Positions 1-13,455 of a DNA stretch of 64,000 bases are shown here, one piece after another; the first letter of the stretch is position 1; the number at the start of each line of letters is the position of its first letter. Made by a program: the position numbers and the translations under genes. The stretch lies in the NCBI RefSeq assembly GCF_000497125.1, contig NC_090598.1, positions 62,001-126,000 of the forward strand. The letters are read 5' to 3'. The notes under the pieces were generated by a model, which saw only the letters and a list, made by a program, of their open reading frames with translations, was not told where the DNA came from and made no database searches. The stretch comes from Spironucleus salmonicida (Eukaryota).

Positions 1-528
1 CGTATAATTATTGACAACAGTATAATATTTAAATTTTACGTATTAAGTAAAATAATATAGTTAAATTTAATATATTCTTTGCTATTGAAGGTAAATAAAT
101 AATAACAATTATATTAAAAATTAATGTTTAACTAGTGCTATAAAATAATAACATAATATAAAATTAACGTTTCTAAAACTAAAAAGTTAGTAATACTATC
201 CGTTTACTTCATTGTGATTTATTAATTACACATCCTTTATTGTCACAAAATTTTAATTAATGTTAAACTCTTAAATTTATACAATCAATATAGAAAATAT
301 TATGATTAATTTTGCGAATCTAGTAAATTTTATAAGAATGGGAAATACTACTCTCACTAACCAGTCTAATTTTATAAATAATCAGCGATATAATGGATTA
401 TTTATTTCCTTTAATATAAGATTTTATAAAATTTTCAGAGTTGATAAGCTAACATTTAGGATTATATCAAAGATACATTATTATTTAATACAATTATTAA
501 ATATTTTCTTTTCAAAACCACTCCAAAA

Positions 529-1215
529 ATGACTCTTGTTGATCTTGCTGAAATTGATTGTCGTACGGATGATGTCAAGCTCCAATTAGTTAAATTAATT
601 GAATCCACAATTTAACTTACATCTGTTAAATCATAGCTTCCATTGGCCTCACTTCTTCCTTATTTAGTAACTTTAGATGACACTGCAGAGTTTCTATCAA
701 CATTTAACTATATACCTCTAGATTTTGCAATGATACGGATTAGACTTCTATCTAGCTATTATAACACCTTCTATACATTTATAAAAGACGTTTAGTTAGC
801 TCTTGATCACTACGAAAAGATAAGAGAACCATATGGTCTACCAAACATTCAACAATAGGCAAAAGACTAAATTACTTAAGGAATAACAAATCTTCCTTTC
901 ACATAGTTTCTTCATTAACCATTTGATTTCTAACTTCTTCTAGAAAATGAACCTATTGAATCAATCAAAACACTTTAAATCAACGAGGTGGCTTTATTTT
1001 TCAACCTTTTATAAGATTTTGATTCTGATCAAATTACAAAAATAGAATAAGTCTGTACTTAATTAAAAGTAGTGGAAAACGATCAAGTCTAGTTATCAAA
1101 ATCTGTACCTAGATTGAGTAGAAAAGTTATAGAACTTACTAAATCTATTGCTGTACCAGGTTAAATTGAGACAGCCAAAAGGAGAATTAAAATTGCTGAT
1201 GAATTAAGTAAGTGA
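529..1215 (+). CDS. Divergent bromodomain-like protein (228 aa)
   Basis: Table-6 ORF MTLVDLAEID...DELSK*. YIPLDFAMIRIRLLSSYYNTFYTFIKDVQL resembles the bromodomain PMDL..I..RL...YY...F..DV.L segment. C-rich motif (accactccaaaa) before the ATG; ends in AGTGA. Confidence 0.5.
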
Positions 1216-1280
1216 GAATATTGTTACATTAATAAATAATATATAAATACATATTCTCAATAAATTATACCACTCCTTAA

Positions 1281-2102
1281 ATGAAGGAAAGTAGTATAGT
1301 AATAAATAATCATGCGGTTGATATTATCAGCTATAATTATAATAATGAGGATGAAGAAGAACCATTTTTAAAAGTAACAATAGGTTTATATGTTTTTGAT
1401 GCAGTTTTTGGCAAATACGAAGATGAAAGTTATTATATTAAGGCTTTAATTTTTGCTTCTGTATAGAAAATTTATGTTCTTTATCATATTAAGAACTTAA
1501 ACGGTAATATTTTGGGTCTTCTTAACAAGTCTACTACGAAAGTAGTATTAAACCAAGATATATTCGAAAGTGTAATAAAGTTTTACTAAGTTTAAGATAT
1601 AAACGCAACTTATATCGATGAAGAAGTTAAGATTAAATGTTAAATTGACGATTAAATAGTATTTAATTCTTTATATTATGATAATTTTATTATTGACTAA
1701 CATATTTTTTCTAGAGCTATGGCAGTTGTTTCTCTACAAACTAAATAAAGATTGTAATAGTCAGATGAAGACACATAGAGATTTGATCAAAATAAAATCC
1801 TAAAAACATAAAATGGTTAGTAACCTGCTTAAATATCTAAATTGAATATAGTGCAGAATTCTACTAAAGACATTAATAATTAATAATAGGATATTAAATA
1901 AATTTTAATAAGCTCAGGAATGAATGGAGGATTTATATTTAATTGTAAAAAATTTACTTTGGCTAATGTCCTGCTTATATTTAAAAATTTTGAGATTCTT
2001 AACTAAGATTAAATCTACTATAAGCATGACTTTTACTTTATTATTGATTGTGAAAATTATAAATCAGTTGAGAAAATAATAAATTCTGAATATATTCATT
2101 GA
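1281..2102 (+). CDS. Hypothetical protein (273 aa)
   Basis: Table-6 ORF MKESSIVINN...SEYIH*, preceded by accactccttaa. Confidence 0.75.
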
Positions 2103-2103
2103 A

Positions 2104-5100
2104 TCACTTAAATATTTCTTTAAGATTATAAAACTTTTATGTTTAAAATCCTTACTTTTTCTTAGCAAATGTTTCTAAAAATATGTTTCCTTTCAAAACA
2201 AGTTCTTCATGTAGATCTTGCTTAGTTTTAATAATATTCCTTTATTTGATCTATTTTGGTACATTATAATTATTTTTTAAGGTAACTGGTATAATTCTTT
2301 TTTTGCCTTCAGGATATTTTTTAAAATAATTTGGAGCTATAAAAGCTCTTTTATGAGATAATTAAGGTACAATTTCTTGCTAACAAACAACCTATTCATC
2401 AATACATATAATATTTGTTTCTATTTATGCCACCTTTTCAGTATTTTTTCCAAATATAGAAATATTGAAAAATGTACCTTCATCTAAATGTTTAATACTA
2501 GTACTATCGTCAAACTAACCTTCATCATTAACATCTTCATCAATCACACCAAGTTTAACATTAATACTAACAGCTACCTTAAATTAAGGTTCAATATTAG
2601 GTATTTCATAATCTAATGTATTAGAAGATGCTTATTAAATTTAACCTAAATAATCCTAAAATTTTATCTTATAAGATCCTAAGTTTTAGTAATTTTAAAC
2701 TATAGAATATTAACATTCACCTAGCCACGAGTAATCAAGTATTAACGGTATACAATTTAAAATGTCAAATTTATTTTTATTAATAAAATTAATATAGACA
2801 TCTTTTTGGGTAATCGGATAAACATTATAATTATACTATCTTGAATAGTTAAGAATTTTGTCCATAAAATCTAATGAATTTGATTATTTTTGGGCAATAA
2901 TGAAATAATTAGTATACAAATTAGATAGAATACAAATTTTCTCTTAATTATTTTTAATTTATGTTAAAAATTCTACACTATTTATATAATACCTACTGTG
3001 ATAAAACCCTTTCTCAGATATTTTCAATAAAAATTTAATTTTACTTGTAAAATTAGGTAAATTAATTTTTGTTTAACCTAATAATCCTGGTGTTACAATG
3101 ATATTATTATTGTCCACTTATGGTATGTTAAACTACTACTACCAAAAATTTATAGGAAGTTATTCGGATAAGTTTTTAATAATTTAAGGGTCTCTGATCT
3201 GGTTAATTGTTTCAAGTGTTTTAGCAGCTATTTCAGATATATAATCCTACAAAATAAAATTGAAAAACTAGCCTTATAAACCAAAATTACCGATATCATA
3301 AACAGTAATACTTTAAATATGTAAATATTATTTAACATCAAAAACATCAATTTCCAACAAAATTTTTAACAAAACATCATTATTATCTTAATAATATGGC
3401 AATGAAATATTAAACGATTATCCAGTTGTATATAACTACTTTATTGAAAAGCTAGATGTTTAAACTTCTACCCAAATCTTTTGTTTAGATTCAAATAAAT
3501 TATCTAAGTCAGAATCAATATCTAAATTATTAATATACAAGTACTACATTTAGTTGGAATTCTATTTGATTTCTAATAAAAAAGATACCATTGTATCATT
3601 AGTACAAAATTATCCACGCGTCATAAGTTTTAATATATTTTATTAAATTTTTTACAAAATGTTTAAATTAGACAAAAGTACTTTACGGTCTACGAAAATA
3701 AAATTATCCTCATTAAACTACAAAATAATCAGTTAAAATACAACATTTGCATCTAACCATAATATAGGTATTTAAAGACTTATTTTAAAATTAGTATCTT
3801 CAATCGTATTAATTGAGTGTTCGAAATAATATTCATGTTAGTCACTAACAATCGTAATTTTAGCAGAATAATGAGTAGCTAATTCGTGAAATTTAATTTT
3901 TTCCAAGCAAAAATCAAAAGTAAGTACTGATATTGTTTATTATTATGATGACAAATTTAGTGACCTCCCACTAGCCAATGAAAGTGAAAACGATGTATTG
4001 TCTGAATGTCCTTCATCAAATAATGGCAAATCGATTAGCTAGCTTGTTGATCGTATATTTAACCTACTAGAAAATAGTGGCTAGATTTTCGACACCTTAT
4101 TTTGCTACTTCGATTAGAATCCTGAAACACTGATAGAAACACCATTTATAATAATGTCAGTTTACTTATTTTCTAATAAATTAGATAAAATTTAATTTTT
4201 AAATAATTTTAAATTTAATTAGATATTAACTTCTTTGCCATCTTAAAATATAATCACATGAAATATCGGAGATGTATCAATAATATCTTACAACCCACCT
4301 TTTACTAAATATAATACTGTTGGTGGAAAATAAAAATAATTATCATTTAGGAATACTGATGCTATTTTTGTATCTTTATTTTGATTAATTTTAATGATAT
4401 AATTATTTAAGCCTTACATAACAACTTTTTATGTAATTTGTGAAATCTTAAGTATATTTTAAGAAATTCCATAGAATCCTACCTAACCATTAACTTTAAA
4501 GCCTAAAATTCCTTAAAATTCTCCTAATATATCCTAGTAATATTAACTAGATGAATCATATCTTTCTCTAAAAGATAACATTGGCTTGGTGATGGTGCAA
4601 ACAAAACTAATGATTGATTTAAAGTTTGATTCATCTTAGCCTTTCTATACTTTTAATAATTAATCTGGTTTGAATTGAGGTAAATTAATATCATTTAGAT
4701 TAAACTATCTTTAGAAGTAGTCAGGTGGTATGATGTCAATAAATTATTTTAAATCAGTAGACTATTTAACAAAATTCTATAAAGCTACTATTTACTTATA
4801 AACATGTTGATCTAGATAATCAATTAATAATAACTCAATCTGATGGCCTTTTTCTAAGGTACTAGTACTTTCAAATTAAATTTATTAAATAGTAATGAAT
4901 TCTACATGATCTAAAATTTAAATTTTTTGCTATACTTTAACTATAAATTCATAGCATTAAGGTAAACATAATCCATTAGTTAATTATCTATTTAAAAATT
5001 TTCTAGAAATTGATAAATAAGGCGTTTATAATTACACCCATAAGTCATCCAGCTCTAGAACATAATTACAATCTATAAACAAATTTTAAAGCTATAAAAA

Positions 5101-5478
5101 CTATATTCTATCGTAATTTTCTTATAAATCTACAATGTATTTTACTTTAAGCTTTGGGAAAATTCCTTCCTAGTCAAGTTCTTATAACATAATAATATCA
5201 TTAAGCTTTTTTATCACTATAACTTTATCTATATCAATAACTAAGAAATTTATCTATAATTGTATTAGATATTCTCCTTTTAATAAAGGTTAAATGATTG
5301 AAATTGGAATTTCAGCTTAGTTTTCTTAAGTATCTGTAATAATTGATGGAAATTCAATAATTTGATGATTTTAAATGAATTATACTATCAATTAAATATG
5401 AGAAATTTATATATCAATGCTTAGTTATTCAAAATTGAGTTTTATTAATCCATCATACAACTAATGATCTGTTTTCAT
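2104..5478 (-). CDS. Large hypothetical protein (~1124 aa)
   Basis: ATG (MKTDHQLYDG...) and TGA (...KEIFK*, AGTGA) are in the same frame; no family recognised. Confidence 0.7.
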
Positions 5479-5519
5479 TTAATATATAAATAATTTATAT
5501 AATTTATAAAATATAAGAA

Positions 5520-5789
5520 TCATTTTTAAAACTATTTTAATTAAGATTACAACATCTGCAACTAATTAAGATATTCACTATTAAATTCTTATCCTGCTGT
5601 TTTTTACCTAGCTAAAGCCATTTATACGAGTAGATATTTCTAATCCAATAAAAATTATATTTAATTTTATAATTTTACATTGACGTTAAGTTTTTCATCT
5701 ACATGACATTGTAATTGCTAGTTATGCTATTTTTAAAATTATACCAATACATTCAAAGCCTAATTAGATATTTCAATTTATTCAGACAT
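5520..5789 (-). CDS. Small hypothetical protein (89 aa)
   Basis: Table-6 ORF MSEQIEISNQ...LKQFQK* filling the gap between neighbours. Confidence 0.55.
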
Positions 5790-5843
5790 ATTAAACTGAA
5801 AAGTAACTAGAGTAAATAACATATATTAAATATATTATGTTTT

Positions 5844-6908
5844 TCACTCAACGGCAAGACTTTTTCCTAACTTAACATATAACTCATTTCTTTTTTTCAA
5901 TTCATCCGCATCAATCCTTAAGCATTCTACTACACCTTAACACCAGAAATCTCTTCTTTCTTCCTTCCCAATCAAAACACCCTATGCTCCAATAATCATA
6001 CCCTCCAAAACATGGTTTTCTTTAATATCTCTTTTATGTTTCTCTAATTCTTAAATTTTATTACTAGTCGTAAGGCTTACAAATTCATCTACTTTTTCTC
6101 TATCAAAAACTTCTAGAACCACATAAATTGAATTCAGAAGTTATGTTTATTTAGCAATATACTCTCCTGGTGAGAACGAACAATATTAAGCTAACTAAGA
6201 AAGCAAATCTATTTCTTCATCAGTTAATGAGATAAAATATTTCTTAACATATTGGTGGAAATAACCAGCCCCCTAGGATAACGTTTACAATTGGTTTTCA
6301 TAAATAAATTTTATGCTATTTTCTTTGGTTAAATATTAAGTTTCAGCACCTAATGGACCAGCAATAATTTCATAAGGGTGAACAGTTTCCTATTATAAAA
6401 GAGAATATTAGCAAGCAACATGGCCCGCAGTAACTTAAATATTATTAACAAAAAATGATCCTTTAGTAATTATATAAGCTTTATCTGCTGATGAATTTTT
6501 ATTAGCTATAACTTAATTTGGCTCATAAGTTACAATTTCTAAAGATGATAACACCTATTTTTATATTTCTTAGTTAAGACAGGAGAAAAAAGAGTCTTTT
6601 TATAAGATTTATTCCGGAGTTTTCCCTAAAACGTTATTGGAATCGTTTTCCGTTGCTTTAAAATTGCGCAAACGCTATGCCATTACATTGAATGGATTAT
6701 CTGGTAAATCCTACAAGGATTCTATCATCTAAGTAATAACTGGAAACATTTTTTAATCTGATAAATATTTATCTAATTCTCTATGAGAACGCTGGGCATG
6801 AGCATCAGCCAATAATGCTTTTTTGATTTATTCTGACAAAGATTGCTAAGTCGGTGCTTTTTTATCTACAGTATTCAAATCTATAATAGGTATTTCTTCA
6901 TCAGACAT
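5844..6908 (-). CDS. PKA regulatory-subunit-like protein (D/D motif plus two degenerate cNMP-binding domains)
   Basis: LDKYLSDQKMFPVITQMIESLQDLPDNPFNVMAQRL is RIIa/Dpy-30-like. Two cNMP-like repeats follow (VTYEPNQVIANKNSSADKAYIITKG; CSFSPGEYIAKQTQLLNSIYVV). Ends in AGTGA. Confidence 0.6.
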
Positions 6909-6962
6909 TTTGGCGGTCTATTATAAATATTAATATTTAGATATATAATTTATGATTATAAT

Positions 6963-7334
6963 ATGAAAGAATATATTCCTATTTCTAATGAACTATATTA
7001 ATCAATAAAAAACTCACACTGTCCTTAACGTAAACATAATGTACCTTCTAAATGGGGAGTAGATTTATCAACGAACAAACTGAAATAAATTCCCGTTTAA
7101 GAGTAACCATTATTACCTTCCATCGGATAAATAAGAGGGAAATATTAAAACTTTGGACAATTTCTTAACCTTATAGAAGAAACAGAGATAACCCCAATAG
7201 TTTAAGAACGGTTGTAAGTTTAAAGAGAAAAAAAACATAGATTGTTTGCATATAAATATACCTTAAATCAAACTAGCAAAATATAACTATAGATAAATGG
7301 AATATCATTTATTGCGTAATCACTTCTTAAATGA
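6963..7334 (+). CDS. Hypothetical protein (123 aa)
   Basis: Table-6 ORF MKEYIPISNE...QSLLK*; overlaps the convergent gene by 15 nt. Confidence 0.6.
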
Positions 7335-8321
7335 GATTATGTTCTAAATTATCTATATTAATATATCTTAGATATCATCATCAATAAATTAACACAATAA
7401 TGCTTCTGAATTCGAAATTTTATTAATGATAGTATTATATATTAGCTAATATTTATCTTCTAATTTTATTTTTAATTCTGTCTCAACAATACTTATTCTT
7501 AATTCGAGTTCTAAATCATTACCTAGTAAAATATCCAGTAATTTTTTCAGATCATTATTATTAATGTTTAGTTAAATTATTTCTATTATCTTATTATTTT
7601 TTAGTCTATAATATACTTGTAATAAATCTTATTTTTCTTTTTTTAAATCAAACCCAGAGAATATAGTATTATTTATCAATTTTAAGGGTTCAGGTCGAGG
7701 CTTATAGTCTCTATTTAACATTGCCTTAATAATTTTATACAAATTGGCACTATAAAATGTAGGAATCGGTTAAACTGAGCTAAAAAGTATTCCTGTAACA
7801 ATGGTTTTTTAGGATATGGGAAAAGGCTATTAAAACGAAGAAATATAATATAAAATACAGCCAATGGCAAAAATATCAGATTTTTAATTATATTATTTAT
7901 TGGTAAGAAATTCTGGAGAGTCATACACGCTTTGTTACCTCCCACAAAAAAGTTACGAAAAAATTCCTATTTTGACATTAAAATTTTAATCAAAAAATAT
8001 ATTTTCTGGATACAACGCACGATGTATTAGCTATTACTTGTGCATTGAACAGATTGCTGATAAAATTTATTAAAAAATATATAAAATTTATCCTTCCTTA
8101 AAATAAATATTCTCTATTTTAAATAGTTAAATTAATTACTCTAACGAAATATATGATGATGAATCTTCAAGAAATATTTAAAGTTCTAATCCGACTATTT
8201 AAAAATTTATTATTTATAATAGTTAAGCAGACTAATTTTTTTAATAAACTTCAATTTTTTGGAGGAACTTCTAGATAGCAGCCTCATCCTTAAATTTAAT
8301 CACTTGTTAAGTATTGTTCAT
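7320..8321 (-). CDS. NEK-like pseudokinase (333 aa)
   Basis: LIHRALYPENIF (HRD to HRA), VKIGIFS (DFG lost), YDSPE and KSDIFAIGCILY; no Gly-rich loop. Confidence 0.75.
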
Positions 8322-8368
8322 TTATTGATAATTTAATAATTATATATAATTATATAATCTTGTAAATA

Positions 8369-9079
8369 ATGAAACTCATATCATAGTTTACTTCAGATGC
8401 CTTTATTTTATCAATACCTAAGTATTAATGCTTGCCTTAAATTTTTTCTTATAATTAATAAACTAATAGATTAATAATTAATGATAAAAATTATATCTTA
8501 TAACCGTATTAAGTTAATAAAATAGCAGCCATTACCTTTAATTAAGGACAATTTTTAATTTAAGATCTCCCATTTGTATTTAAATCTTCAATTTAAAAGG
8601 TTTTACCTATAGTTTATACATAAAAATCTATCAGAATTTAAGACTTAAACATATCATAAAATTATGGCGTTCCTAAAAATATACTCGGAATAACGTAGAA
8701 AATATTACCATCAGATACTGTTAATAAAATAAAGTTTGAAGATTTTACAAGTATTGCCAGTGTAAAATCATCTTTATCTTCAAAACCTCAATTATAAATA
8801 TCCTACGAATTATAGAACTTTGCCTGTAAAACATTACCTTTCTAATTAGAACATTCTACAAATATAATAGGTTTAGAAATTTATGAGAACTTAATGTAGT
8901 ATTAATTTTGCATTCCGTTGGTTCATTGGATTCGAGGAAATAAAAGTAGCTTCCTAGTATTTAAAGAAATTTTTATTCACTAAATGGGTAGTTTTGACAA
9001 TTGGGAATTGAAAATTAGTAAGCTTTTACGAGGAAGTCAAAGAGGATAATTTTTAGCAATGCTCCCTAAATCTGAATGA
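8369..9079 (+). CDS. Hypothetical protein (236 aa)
   Basis: Table-6 ORF MKLISQFTSD...MLPKSE*. Confidence 0.65.
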
Positions 9080-9127
9080 TAATATATTATATAGCAAATA
9101 TTAAATTATATATTTAAACACCATTCC

Positions 9128-9285
9128 TTTGGTCTATCATTCAGAAGTGACATGCTTAGATCAACTGTAGTACAAGTTTATACCTTAGTGAAATAAGGTA
9201 TCCAGATATTTCTGGTATTATCTTTTTTTATAACTTCAGGAAAGTTTCCGCGAAAGCATCTTTGGGAATCAACCTGCTGTTTTTC
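9128..9285 (+). ncRNA. U2: U2 spliceosomal snRNA candidate (ends approximate)
   Basis: GCTTAGATCAACTGTAGTA (9154-9172) closely matches the U2 core GCUUAGAUCAAGUGUAGUA, including the branch-point-pairing GUAGUA. Hairpins follow in U2 order: atacctta-gtgaaa-taaggtat (IIa), ccaga-tatt-tctgg (IIb), a U-rich Sm-like tract and a 3' stem-loop. Intergenic position. Confidence 0.8.
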
Positions 9286-9343
9286 AAATATATTTTCAAT
9301 ATAATATAATATATTTATGAGTAGTGTATTTCCATAATTTATA

Positions 9344-10003
9344 ATGTCCGCTCCAATTTAGTATGTACCTCCAAACTATGAGACACCTGCGCCAAACAGG
9401 TATAGTGTTAATAATAAATATTTAGAAAAATAAGCACCTGCTTACTCTTTTTCTTCTAGAACTCCATTACCATAATCTTAAAAAAATAATCCTGGTCCTA
9501 CAAAATATACTCCCAAATACAAAGAAGTTACACCAAGTTAACCGGAATTTTCTTTAAGATATCGCCATGCTAGACCTTAAAATAATTTACCTGGTCCAGG
9601 AGCACATAATCTAAACTTTGCTTAAGTTGATAAGACGCCAAGGTCAGCATCGCTGGGTGCCAGAACATAGCCTGGTAGTATTTTTCGAACGCCTTTTTCA
9701 CTCAAACCAGTTAAATTTGATGAGATTCAAAAGAAACCTCCTCAATATTCATTTAGAGCTAAAAGATTCAACACACTTGAGCAGAAATCTACAACATCTG
9801 AAAAACTTTCAGCAGCCAATTATTATCCAGATAAAAATTTTGGAAAACCATCAACACCATAATTCACACTTAGAAGTCGTACAACTACATGCCGAGGCCC
9901 ATCAACTCCAGGACCCGCCAAGTATGCAAACTAGCGGACAAGTTTTAGAAGAGAAGGCTTTAGCTTTGGTGGATGGAACAAATAGGGGTTTAATATTTGG
10001 TGA
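9344..10003 (+). CDS. SHIPPO-repeat / ODF3-like axonemal protein (219 aa)
   Basis: Repeated TPAPNRY, NPGPTKY, LPGPGAH and TPGPAKY motifs with P.YSF spacers. An in-frame upstream ATG exists at 9317. Confidence 0.8.
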
Positions 10004-10114
10004 ATACTTTTTATTGTTTCTTAATAAAGTCACCAATTTAAAGAAATAAAATGAAAATGTATTACTAAAGGTATATATACCACATGTAAAACTTTCACAT
10101 CAAAAGTAAGGTCA

Positions 10115-13100
10115 TCAATCGTGTGTAAATTATATGCTTTTACGCTGGATAATCATTTTATTTAATCTCGTAAGTTGACTTTTAAAATCTAATTCAATTT
10201 TTAGTTCTGTTAATATTTTTGTTTAATAATGATTAGGGCATTGATTAAATTAACTAAGGTCATCTGGTTTCGTTTAAAACTCGACCATTAACCTTATTTA
10301 TGATATATATGACTCCTCAGGCCTATACTCATCTAGACCATGTTTTATTGCATTGTTTGCATCTACTTTTGCAAAGGTAACGGAGTTTTACTTGTCAAAT
10401 TAATGGCTTTTAACATTTCGGTTATGTTATCTATATATTATTGGGCCAATATTAGATTCTATTTAATATTTATATTAATAGAACCTATTTGATTAAATTT
10501 AGTCTCTTTAGTTTTTAAGGTGGATATCTATTAAAATTACTATACTTTCGAGGTCATGGACTTTAATAATAAGAAGTATAAAACTGGTTATATCCCAAAT
10601 ACTAAGGACCAGTTTATTTACATACTGCTTAAAATGATGATCGTATATCATAGATGCCTGATAGGATACTATTAGAAAATAATATGCTTTACAATGTATG
10701 TGTTTTGGAATAGCCAAGCTGCTATGTCTAAGCTAAGATATTTACTAAGTTTTATGAGCTCATTAATTAAATGAATATCTCTGTATTACCATATAATATA
10801 AAAGTCACTTCCAATTTCTTTCTTTTATATAAAGTGGATCTAGTTTATTTAAAGTTGGCTATTGTACATCTATTTCTGTTTACAAATTTTTTCCATTAAG
10901 TGTTTTATCTAAAATTCTAGCCTAGATGCTGTATTTATTGAGTGTTTATGACGAATACTAAAAAGTTCGTTTACCTTCTAGTACCTATTTTATAATACTT
11001 TCACCTTTTAGAGCTGTTCCCAAAAAGATATCATTTGAAACATTTTCTAAAATTTTATCTTTCTGAATAGCCTGATTGGGGCAATCACTTTCTGAGTTAT
11101 TAATTATTCCTGATTGAATATTAATCTAATATTATGGCAAATATTTTTAGCTTGCCCGTGGAGATTCTGTAGGTGAAACCACTAATAATTCTTCTGGTAT
11201 AGGTATTAATTCAGGCGCTTGAGGGATTGGTCTATGCTTAATAGTTAATATTTTTATCTATTTTTCTTTAACCTTGTTGATTTATTTTTGTGCAACAGGA
11301 CTAGTATTTTCAGATTTGCTAAAACTGCTCATAGTATCGTGTGAACCACTAACTATGCTTCTCTAAACACTTGTTAAGTCGTCAAACTTTTCAACATCAT
11401 TATCCATAAACAAAAAATTAATATCAGCTTATTTAGGTATATTCCCTGCAAAATTCTCAATTAATTAATCAATATCATTTTAATCGAAAAACAAATCTGC
11501 TTGTTGAAAACCACGAAGATCCATTTTAACTGGTTCTAATGGAAACAGTTTATTATCAACTATATTAAATAATTATATATATTTCTAAACCAGACCAATT
11601 TTCTAGCTAAATTATAAGCTCAATTTGACAATTGGCTTTACCAGGCTGAAATGTAGTAATAAGAATGCACTTTTCGGTAAACTACGCTTTCTGAAACTAA
11701 CTGCTGGTGCAGATTTGTAAGTACAGCCAACTTGATCTAAAATCAGTCTGAGATCTTTAAAGCTATCAAACTATGCAGGGCATTCTAAAAATATAAGCTA
11801 AGTATGTTTATCTATGAATCTGTATCCAGTTATAAATTGATAATTTAGAGAATGGAGATCAGGATTGCTTATAGCATCTGAAACATTACTAGTAGAAAGC
11901 AAGCCGATAAAATCAGATAAGCGATCATTTGCATCATCACTAAATTTGTCTTTAAACGATTTTTATGAATTCTCGCTAATGAACAATAAATTTTTTGCTG
12001 CTACATATTATAATATTTACTTTACCATTTCATTGTGCTTTGCACCTAAGTAAATATACATTCTCTCAAAATGCTAAAAATTGGGTTTAACCATATTTTC
12101 TAATTATATAATATTATTTTAACCTACTACTTGGTTTTTGCTATTTTTGGCAGAATTAGATCTAGACGGTGTTTCTTTGGTTTAAATCTACCAAGACGAT
12201 AAAGGTCTTTAAAATGCCGCCCTAACTGATACAAATGATTCTGACCAATCTCCAAGTGGTAAAGTTTCAGGAGCTTTTTAGTATTCTGAGAACTATGTCT
12301 ATTTAGTAACTTCTGGAACAGGCTCTTTTTATTTTACATCTTTAACTTAAGGTAAAATAGATACAGTTTAAAATAATGGTTATCTATCAAGCTAATTATT
12401 ATGCATTTTGCCTAAATCAGGTACTTATGTTTTACCATTTAGCTAATATTTTGGTACTAACTTAACTTCCTCTTCAAAAATCCTCTCCACTAATAATTAT
12501 TTCAGACTAATTTTACATTCGGCAGTGAAATTAATAAAACTGTCGTTGATAATTGGAACTGCACTCTTAGTTTATGCTGATTTTGGTTTTTCTACCTAGA
12601 TTTTATTCTTGGGTACTCTGCAATGAACAGTTATTTCCACAAAATTCTCCTCAATTTATCTCTTAATTAGGTATATCTCATTTTCGGTCTTACATGCATA
12701 CGCTGTTATCAAACGTATTTTAAACTCTACAGACTTCCGGTCAGATCCGAGAGCAATCTAATCTATAGGTTCAGAAAAATACGTATTTCCAAGTATTTTG
12801 CACTCTACTTTTAATGGTTATAAATAACGTTACCTCCATTCTGGATCAGCATATTGAAAAATTTTAGAGGCTTTTAAAATCTTAAAGGAAAGTACGGGGA
12901 ATGTTTTTGGTGATAAAAACGAGGTGACTCGTTAGTTTTCATGTCGTGATGACACTATTCTTATTGTTAGTTCTGCATTGTATGTGAACTCGTTAATTTA
13001 AAGTTAAATAAGCTCTTATAATTGTAGAGAAACTAAAAAGCAAGAGCAATCATATGATATGAATTATGCAGGAACTTTACCTTTTAATGATGGATCATCA

Positions 13101-13408
13101 AAAAATATTTTCAATTAATCAGCTATAAAGCTTTAAATACAGTTATCTGGATTAGGAATTTCAAATTCTTTTTAAATGGTTGGTTCAACTTTCACGTACT
13201 CAGCTAGTTACTAAATAGGTTCTTTTTATCTAGATGATTTTTTAGCAGATACAGATCTTGAACTTTTAGAAATTTCCATAGTCATAGGCTGTTATTAAGG
13301 AAATTAAAAAACTATTTGAGGAGTAATATAAGTTTCAGAAGCACTTATAGTTTTCAGTGTTATTTATATAGTAGCTGATGATGAAGATGCATTATCTTTT
13401 GGCGGCAT
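10115..13408 (-). CDS. Large protein (~1097 aa), possibly CFAP92-like
   Basis: MPPKDNASSS... ORF in frame to the TGA at 10115. FITGYRFIDKHTQLIFLE...SFRKR is reminiscent of CFAP92; the family call is weak. Confidence 0.55.
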
Positions 13409-13455
13409 TTTTGAAAATAAAAATATTAAATATAATTATACATAATATTATGAAC

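Noticed and set aside
1-532. Open frame 1-444 and track ORF 302-532
   Set aside because: No recognisable protein. With a single stop codon, such open frames arise by chance, so neither can be supported.
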